From the NCBI GenBank assembly GCA_041178425.1, contig JBEGVH010000014.1:1-64000 (forward strand): a DNA stretch of 64,000 bases, read 5' to 3'. How positions within the stretch are numbered: the first letter of the stretch is position 1; every line of letters starts with the position of its first letter. Positions 57,727-64,000 of the stretch are shown piece after piece. Both the position numbers and the translations under genes were made by a program. Below the pieces are notes generated by a model. It had not been told where the DNA came from, searched no databases, and saw nothing but the letters and a program-made list of their open reading frames with translations. Origin of the DNA: Pseudomonadota bacterium. GTDB taxonomy: Bacteria > Bdellovibrionota > Bdellovibrionia > Bdellovibrionales > Bdellovibrionaceae.

Positions 57727-59534
57727 TTCTCAAGTTCCTCTGAGCTCGCTGGCAAACGAGCACCCTCTTTCTCTTTAAGTAGACTCATATTGAGTTTGAG
57801 ACCAGGAATAGCCGAAAATAAATCGGCAAATGCGACAAGAGAATCACCATTACCCTCTTTACCACCCTGTCTGATGAACCACTCCGACGCCGAAAGAAAA
57901 CTCTCCTGTGTCCAATCCAGGCGTTTCCACAAATAGGGCGCTAATTTCCAGTCTTCCTCATAATTGGATCTTGAAATTAACAATTGAAGCGCATCTAATC
58001 TCAATTCTATTTTATGAGATTCATCTTGGATAAAATTTCGTAACTTTAATAACCCCTGGGCCTTCGTCACTTCTTTTTCTAGCTGAAATGCAATTCGCAG
58101 AAGCTTCTGTAGCCCCTCACTTTCGATAAAAGTCCAATACTCCATATTTTCGATAAGATTATTCTTACAGAGTGAATTCTTAAAGAGCGCACGACTCACA
58201 ACTAAATCATCGAGTGACTCTTTATAACTTGGAATCATAGAGACCAAAACGTCGCATTCGCGAACTTTCCCACCACAACCACTCTCAAGCTGATGAAGAC
58301 AAATTTCGGAATTAATGCGAAGAAAATCTTTTTCTACCATCACCGATTTTAATGTATCAAGAACCGTAGGAAGTTTATCTGGAGTGGATCTTTGTAAGGA
58401 ACGTAAATGCTCTGCCACCAAACCCGTCGCCCTAATACCTTGAGACTGAAGATTTTCAATCATCGTTTGCGCCTGGGCAGAAGCGCCCAAGCGATTTAAT
58501 AAAATCAGCATCCCCGTTTGATAGGCTATCCCACCTGAATCGGGCTTTTTTATTTGTGCTTTTTCTAAGATTTGTTTTGCTTCAACGACCGTTGATTTCT
58601 CCTTGAACAAAGCTCTTTGACACCATTGATCACCGAGCTCGCAGGCTTTCTTGAAGTATTCTTCACGCTCACTGGTGTGAGCGCCAGAAAGCAGGGCTCT
58701 TCCTACCCATACAAGGGGCCCATCCACGTCTTTCAAAACAGCAAAGTCGACCTCTTTTTGAAAACATTCCTCATCGAGCTGTTCGAGTAAAAACAGGCTT
58801 ACTGAAAAATCTAATCGCTTTGTCAAATTTGAGAGATCTACATTTGAGTACGAACCAACATCGTCAACTTGATCACAAAGTAGATTTTTATCTCTCCACT
58901 CAACCATCGCTAGCGTGCCATCTTGCATCTTTTGATTTGTTGTTGAGAAAAAAGCGGTAACCCAACCAAGCAATAGCATCAAGACAGTCATAAAAACTAA
59001 GTTCACTGTTGCTTTTTCGGCCGGAAACGGCGAGCCCGCATGCCTAACTTTAAGGGTCGTAATTTCAGTTTCTGACACTCTATCGTGCATGGCATGTCGG
59101 CGCTGGTGAGAAAAGATTTCTAATAAGGGAATACCGAGCATCATGATTTCAAAACACCAAACCGCCGAACGAACAAGACAACGCCCCCAAGTTAATTCGG
59201 CGCCAGTCGTACTCCTCAATTCGAGTTTCATCAGCCGCATACCAGGCGTTTTTTTCCAAAGCTTAAAATAAACCCCTTGAAGTATGACCGTTCCAATGAG
59301 TGCAATCCAAACGAGCTGTGCGAAGACAGCCATCTTTTCTGAGGTAGCCGAAACTGTAATTTTAAGAACATTCAAACGATAAAGAACAATTGAACTCAAT
59401 AGCGTAAATATGGGACTGTGAAAAAGAATATCGAGAAATCCTGCCAAAAGGCGATCTGTAGGTGGCGCGATGGAAGCCACCCTCTTGTCTTGAGAACGTT
59501 CGTGTTCTTCTGTATAGACGTCTTTTAAAACCAT
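57723..59534 (-). CDS. RDD-family membrane protein with a large Cys-containing soluble domain
   Basis: APPTDRLLAGFLD, KTPGMRLMKL, RHAMHDRVSET. Confidence 0.82.
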   Translation of the reverse strand: MVLKDVYTEEHERSQDKRVASIAPPTDRLLAGFLDILFHSPIFTLLSSIVLYRLNVLKITVSATSEKMAVFAQLVWIALIGTVILQGVYFKLWKKTPGMRLMKLELRSTTGAELTWGRCLVRSAVWCFEIMMLGIPLLEIFSHQRRHAMHDRVSETEITTLKVRHAGSPFPAEKATVNLVFMTVLMLLLGWVTAFFSTTNQKMQDGTLAMVEWRDKNLLCDQVDDVGSYSNVDLSNLTKRLDFSVSLFLLEQLDEECFQKEVDFAVLKDVDGPLVWVGRALLSGAHTSEREEYFKKACELGDQWCQRALFKEKSTVVEAKQILEKAQIKKPDSGGIAYQTGMLILLNRLGASAQAQTMIENLQSQGIRATGLVAEHLRSLQRSTPDKLPTVLDTLKSVMVEKDFLRINSEICLHQLESGCGGKVRECDVLVSMIPSYKESLDDLVVSRALFKNSLCKNNLIENMEYWTFIESEGLQKLLRIAFQLEKEVTKAQGLLKLRNFIQDESHKIELRLDALQLLISRSNYEEDWKLAPYLWKRLDWTQESFLSASEWFIRQGGKEGNGDSLVAFADLFSAIPGLKLNMSLLKEKEGARLPASSEELEK

Positions 59535-59540
59535 GAATTT

Positions 59541-59568
59541 TTATCGGACAGTTTGAATATGAACTGTA
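59541..59568 (-). promoter_or_regulatory. Sigma-28-like promoter
   Basis: TACAGTTC-N12-TCCGATAA just upstream of the RDD gene. Confidence 0.5.
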
Positions 59569-59666
59569 GAGAGTTTTGACAAATCGAGACCTAAACCAAG
59601 TCTCAATAGATCAACAGTCACCAGCCTTTGGACTAGTGACTATTCAAAAAAAGGATTCTATCGAAT

Positions 59667-60251
59667 TTAGAATTTATTAATCTTTAACGAAAGAAGATGG
59701 CCTTCGGTATCCCAAGAAAACGAAGCTTCTCCAACAACAGTTTTGCTGGCATCCATTAATTCAATGACCGACTTCTCTTGGGTGCGTTCTTTTACTTCAA
59801 GTCTTTCAAAACCAACCCACCAAAGAGATTTATTTTTTTCAAGAAAAGCGATTTCTTCACCAACAAATTGAGGAGCGTCTTTGACCTCTTTTTGCTTCAG
59901 CAACATTTCACTGACTTTTTCACCTTGAATGCCCATCAAATAACTACCTTTGAGTTCTCCAAAGGCGAAATTCTCAATGGCACTCGCTTGTCTGGCCGCT
60001 TTTCCGGCAGGAACCTGCGCCATTTCAGCAAGCCGTGATGATAAGTTTTTCTTCCACGAAAGGTCCTCTGAAACAGAGATGCTTGCTAGTCCCCGTTCTT
60101 GGCTCACAGTTGAGGCTTCATCTATCTGATTAACTTTATTTTGATTAACGAAAGTCACCGCAATAAAAACAAAGACCAAACCACTAATCCCAAAAAGTGA
60201 TTTTATTTTACTTTGATTTTGCGTGGTTGAAACATTTTTACCGTTAAGCAT
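59667..60251 (-). CDS. Hypothetical membrane-anchored protein
   Basis: GAGG RBS, single N-terminal TM, ERGLAS motif. Confidence 0.75.
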   Translation of the reverse strand: MLNGKNVSTTQNQSKIKSLFGISGLVFVFIAVTFVNQNKVNQIDEASTVSQERGLASISVSEDLSWKKNLSSRLAEMAQVPAGKAARQASAIENFAFGELKGSYLMGIQGEKVSEMLLKQKEVKDAPQFVGEEIAFLEKNKSLWWVGFERLEVKERTQEKSVIELMDASKTVVGEASFSWDTEGHLLSLKINKF

Positions 60252-60279
60252 TTAAACCTCACTGTTATTATGCTCTAAG

Positions 60280-60295
60280 TGCGAGGTTCATGCCA
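60280..60295 (-). promoter_or_regulatory. Sigma-54 promoter
   Basis: TGGCATGAACCTCGCA (GG-N10-GC). Confidence 0.6.
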
Positions 60296-60463
60296 GAACC
60301 AAGTCTTGATTTTATTACTACTCAACCGAATTCAGCGTTTTTGTTGTGTCGATTTTTTTGACAACTGTAAATTCCCACTGTTTTAAAAGTAGGTCTGCAA
60401 ACACGTCAAAGCCATTGGCTCATTGCCAATGGCACCGACTCTTTTGCTGTCTTAAAAGGAGAA

Positions 60464-60877
60464 TTATGCAGCTTTGCGTTTTCTTGCTTGATTGGGATCA
60501 ATGGCAAAATGTTTTACTTTACGATACAGGGTCGCTCGACCAATACCTAGTGCCTTGGCGGCTTCAGTTAAATTACCTTTAAATTGAACGATCGCAGACT
60601 CAATCGCTTTGGCTTCCAGTTGTTCCATCGTTTCGACCGAAGCAGAACTTGAGGCCTTAGAAAATTGTAACACCTTTGCTGATTCGTGTCCCAGACCAAC
60701 GGCCAACGTAGGCACCCCAACGTGAACCGACTGTCTTGCAATTCCATCCTCGAGGATCTGATCCCATTGTGAGGTGGAATAAATTTTTAATGTGTACTGC
60801 GAGTCAGACTCAAACTGAGATCGAATTTTATTTACTGTTTCAGATTCATCGCTCACGAAGAAAATGGTCGCCTTCAT
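60464..60877 (-). CDS. Small Fis-family HTH protein
   Basis: GGGAGG RBS; EQLEAKAIESA...KGNLTEAAKALGIGRATLYRKVK. Confidence 0.88.
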   Translation of the reverse strand: MKATIFFVSDESETVNKIRSQFESDSQYTLKIYSTSQWDQILEDGIARQSVHVGVPTLAVGLGHESAKVLQFSKASSSASVETMEQLEAKAIESAIVQFKGNLTEAAKALGIGRATLYRKVKHFAIDPNQARKRKAA

Positions 60878-60941
60878 CTAATTAACCTCCCTAAGTAACC
60901 ATCCTGGCTAAAACCATGTTCTCTTCATTGGAACATTGAAA

Positions 60942-60968
60942 TTATCGGAGATTCTCACCGGAACTTGA
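60942..60968 (-). promoter_or_regulatory. Sigma-28 (FliA)-like promoter
   Basis: TCAAGTTC-N11-TCCGATAA. Confidence 0.6.
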
Positions 60969-61124
60969 GCCAATTTAAGTCATTCAACAGTGGCATTTTG
61001 AGATAAGGCGCTGAATTTTAAGGTTTTTTATGATACAAAATTTATTTATTTATGTTTTTCAAACAACACAAATGCCACCAAAGCCAATAAACACAAGGCT
61101 TTCGAAGCTATGTCTCAAAATAAA

Positions 61125-61154
61125 ACGAGGGTTGTATTTTGATACAACCCTCGT
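61125..61154 (-). terminator. Rho-independent terminator
   Basis: Perfect 13-bp stem ACGAGGGTTGTAT/ATACAACCCTCGT followed by TTTATTTT on the minus strand. Confidence 0.75.
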
Positions 61155-61184
61155 GGTCCCTTGAAGCAATTATTAAGACTGAAA

Positions 61185-61724
61185 CTAACGACGACCAGAC
61201 TTAATTTTGACTAGCAATTTTGAAATTAAATGAACGGCCATTTTTTCTTGAACGCGACACATCTTCAATTCATCTTTACGGTAAGAACGCTGGGACGGAG
61301 TCAGTGTGCCTGTCTCTAATTCCATTTCGTAATCGAGCTTACTTGAGCGAATGCCCTCAAGCTCTTTTGATTGCTGCTTAAAAAGCTTAGTCACACCACT
61401 CAAAGGTGCCACTTCAATCCACTCTTCCTTAGAGCGGTACCAACTGACCATTCTTAAAAATCTCGCTTTATTCTTAGCTAAAGTAAACCGAGGATATTGA
61501 GACTCCTCAAGGTCTAAAATATTGTCGATGAGATCAAGATCAACTGTATCCTCAACCTCTTCAATATTTTTTAGGGCTTTGAACTCTTTTTCGAAGTCTT
61601 TCTCAAGAGTCTTTTGCCGATGGGGTTCACCATCATAAGGCTCATTTTCAGCAGCATCAAAATCACCAGATTCTAATTCATCGTTTAGGTCTAGGTCTGT
61701 ATCGAGATCTGTATTTACGCCCAC
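61185..61724 (-). CDS. Hypothetical protein with acidic N-terminus and basic coiled-coil C-terminus
   Basis: GTG at 61724 after GGGAG; followed by a terminator. Confidence 0.75.
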   Translation of the reverse strand: MGVNTDLDTDLDLNDELESGDFDAAENEPYDGEPHRQKTLEKDFEKEFKALKNIEEVEDTVDLDLIDNILDLEESQYPRFTLAKNKARFLRMVSWYRSKEEWIEVAPLSGVTKLFKQQSKELEGIRSSKLDYEMELETGTLTPSQRSYRKDELKMCRVQEKMAVHLISKLLVKIKSGRR

Positions 61725-62038
61725 GTTTATCTCCCAAAAGTTCCAAATTAGGGCCAAAAAAGACCCAGGTTGTCACTTAGCTTAAATTAACCAAAAATGG
61801 CTTTCGGAGGTTATACCTCATCGGAACCCATTGTCACAATATGTCATTTTTCTAGGGATAGAAATATTTTCAAGTAATTTCAAGGAACTAACGACTTGAA
61901 GTCATTTGTTCTCTCCCAAACTCTGAACTATTCAGCGTTGCTGACTCACAAAATTAAGTCTGAAACCACAGAGCCAAAACTCAGAAATTTTCTATCCGTA
62001 GGCCCTCCATGCGATTGTAGTGCCAAGGCTTCTTTAGA

Positions 62039-62428
62039 CTATTTTTTGAGAAAGGGGCAAAAGCCGAGCCTAAGCCCCATGCTTTCAGGAAACTTTCGAC
62101 ACACACCGGGGCGTCGATCATAAACCGAGCAAAGCCTATTAGAATCCAAAAACTGACAATCACCGTTGGGTTTGGACTCCATCAGGAACAGACCCGTGCT
62201 ATCACGGTAACTTTTGATTATACCTCTTTTTTTCAATAACTTAGAGACTCTCTGTAAATCCTTTTTGGTGCCCTCACCAACGTCGCCTGCATCTACCACA
62301 CGAAGCCCAACCAAATCTTCAATTTGAACTTCCAGTGGCATCGTACAGCACGTTGCCAGGCATTCTTTGCAAAGAGATTTCTTATACGGACGCCAAGTAA
62401 ATGGTTTGTTTTTATCAACCATTATCAC
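62039..62428 (-). CDS. YkgJ-family CxxCxxCC cysteine-cluster protein
   Basis: CKECLATCC, CQFL...CSVYDRRPGVCRKFP. Confidence 0.9.
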   Translation of the reverse strand: MIMVDKNKPFTWRPYKKSLCKECLATCCTMPLEVQIEDLVGLRVVDAGDVGEGTKKDLQRVSKLLKKRGIIKSYRDSTGLFLMESKPNGDCQFLDSNRLCSVYDRRPGVCRKFPESMGLRLGFCPFLKK

Positions 62429-62449
62429 CCTCTAAGCTGCTGATAGGAT

Positions 62450-64000
62450 TTAATGTAAATTCTGGAGCGCAATGAACCGGGAGTACTCCCCACCAAAACC
62501 AAGAAGTTCGGCATGGTTGCCCACTTCAATGATTCGGCCCTGCTTCATTACAACAATTTTATCCGCCCGCACAACAGTCGAAAGCCGGTGAGCAATCACG
62601 ATGGTCGTTTTCCCCTGCATCAGATGCTCCAGACCCTTCTGTACTTCGACCTCGCTGGCGCTATCAAGGGCACTGGTTGCTTCATCGAGAATAAGGATGG
62701 GCGCATTTTTAAAGACAGCCCGAGCAATAGAAACTCTCTGCCTCTCCCCACCCGAAAGAAGCCCTCCTTTATCTCCAACAGGGCTATCGTAACCCTTGGA
62801 CATTTTGGAGATAAAATCGTGTGCATTCGCTGTTATCGCTGCAGGAATGATCCCAGAGGGGTCCTTAGAAAAATCGCCTGAATGAATATTGCGCCCAACC
62901 GATTCACTAAATAGAAATACATCTTGGGTCACTAATCCGATGTTTTTACGAAGGTCTTTCAATGCAAACTGACGAATGTCACGGCCATCAATCTGAACTT
63001 CTCCAGAGCTGGGATCAAAAAAACGTTGTAAGAGATTAACTAAAGTAGATTTTCCACTCCCACTTTCACCAACAATCGCAACCACCTCTCCCCTCTTTAC
63101 GGTGAGATTAATATCATGAAGGACAGGGGCCTCCTGATATTTAAAGCCAACATGGTTAAAGTGAATGTTTGACCATTGTTCGGGAAAGGTTTCGCAATTC
63201 AATGGCTCAGAGATGACGGTGTTATCATCGATGATCGAATAGACTCTCTCTAGGGAAACCACAGTCTCTTGGAGCTTAACGAAAGCCTCTTGAAATTTTT
63301 TAATTGGCGACTGAAGCATCATCAACGCGCCTAAGTAACTTCCAAAATCACCGAGACTCGCCTGCCCAGAGGAAATTCGGGTGCCTATGTAGTAAAAAAT
63401 TACCATTATCACACCCGTCGCTATAAATTCGGTCACGGGGCTAGTTAATTCTCCCCGTGCATGAATTCTTCGTCGAGCCGCCAAATAGTCGTTGGCAGCC
63501 AATTGGAAACGCCTCTGCATCTCTTTTTCGAGCCCAAAAGATTGTATAACTCTCATTCCATCGAGACTTTCTTTTACAATCGTCGCTACTCTCTCAAGAA
63601 CTTGCTGACTTCCGTGTCCATACTTCCGTAAGGAGCGAGCAATCTGTCGCAAAAATATTAAGAGTGGCGGTAACACAACGAAAATGAGGAGAGTTAACTG
63701 GGCGTCTCGATAAAAGAGGGTTCCCATCAAAAGTATGAATGCTAGCGGCTGGGTAAACACATCGGCAACTAAACGGAGCCCATGCTGTACAGACACCACA
63801 TCACTTAGAATTCTCGAAATGAGGCCGCCAGAACCACCTGCATATTGGGAGTGGAAGCTCTGATTCAGAGTCATGAACTTCCACTGAAGTTGTTGCCGAA
63901 AACTCATTGTGACGAGATCAGCAATATAGTTCATGACGGCTAAATGAATATAACGCCCAACAACCATGAAAAAAGTGATTAGTAACATCTTAGGAGGAAC
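62450..64000 (-). CDS. MsbA-like ABC exporter (TMD+NBD), 5' truncated by the window edge
   Basis: TM domain, GESGSGKST, LSGGERQR, ILDEATSALD, IAHRLST. Confidence 0.92.
   Translation of the reverse strand, partial: VPPKMLLITFFMVVGRYIHLAVMNYIADLVTMSFRQQLQWKFMTLNQSFHSQYAGGSGGLISRILSDVVSVQHGLRLVADVFTQPLAFILLMGTLFYRDAQLTLLIFVVLPPLLIFLRQIARSLRKYGHGSQQVLERVATIVKESLDGMRVIQSFGLEKEMQRRFQLAANDYLAARRRIHARGELTSPVTEFIATGVIMVIFYYIGTRISSGQASLGDFGSYLGALMMLQSPIKKFQEAFVKLQETVVSLERVYSIIDDNTVISEPLNCETFPEQWSNIHFNHVGFKYQEAPVLHDINLTVKRGEVVAIVGESGSGKSTLVNLLQRFFDPSSGEVQIDGRDIRQFALKDLRKNIGLVTQDVFLFSESVGRNIHSGDFSKDPSGIIPAAITANAHDFISKMSKGYDSPVGDKGGLLSGGERQRVSIARAVFKNAPILILDEATSALDSASEVEVQKGLEHLMQGKTTIVIAHRLSTVVRADKIVVMKQGRIIEVGNHAELLGFGGEYSRFIALQNLH

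Overview
Chromosomal window (roughly 43% GC by eye) whose gene content points to a predatory Bdellovibrionota (Bdellovibrio-like) bacterium; the taxonomy is inferred, not database-confirmed. Housekeeping and motility genes include a type IVa pilus operon (pilB, degenerate pilT, pilC, pilS), ribF, rlmH, metG-trmH-like-tsaA, kup, an Uup-like ABC-F, hslO, putA, cheY/cheX, two histidine kinases, a sigma-54 response regulator and a truncated MsbA-like ABC transporter. These are interleaved with many secreted or lipoprotein hypotheticals. No rRNA, tRNA, CRISPR array, transposase or prophage was seen. The main leads are: (1) a glycogen synthase with a Sec-type signal peptide behind a sigma-54 promoter, with no other glg genes in the window; (2) a sigma-54 promoter that points into a structured, CU-rich intergenic region (candidate sRNA); (3) three translationally coupled Cys-rich pilin-like proteins, the last ending in a phage-tail-type Gly-rich domain; (4) a minimal bufferin-type MNIO (DUF692) RiPP cluster; (5) two apparent pseudo-enzymes (PilT and AroE-like); (6) several candidate secreted peptidases and an unknown sigma-54 three-gene operon; (7) a recurring 17-bp palindromic operator motif and a 134-nt intergenic hairpin.
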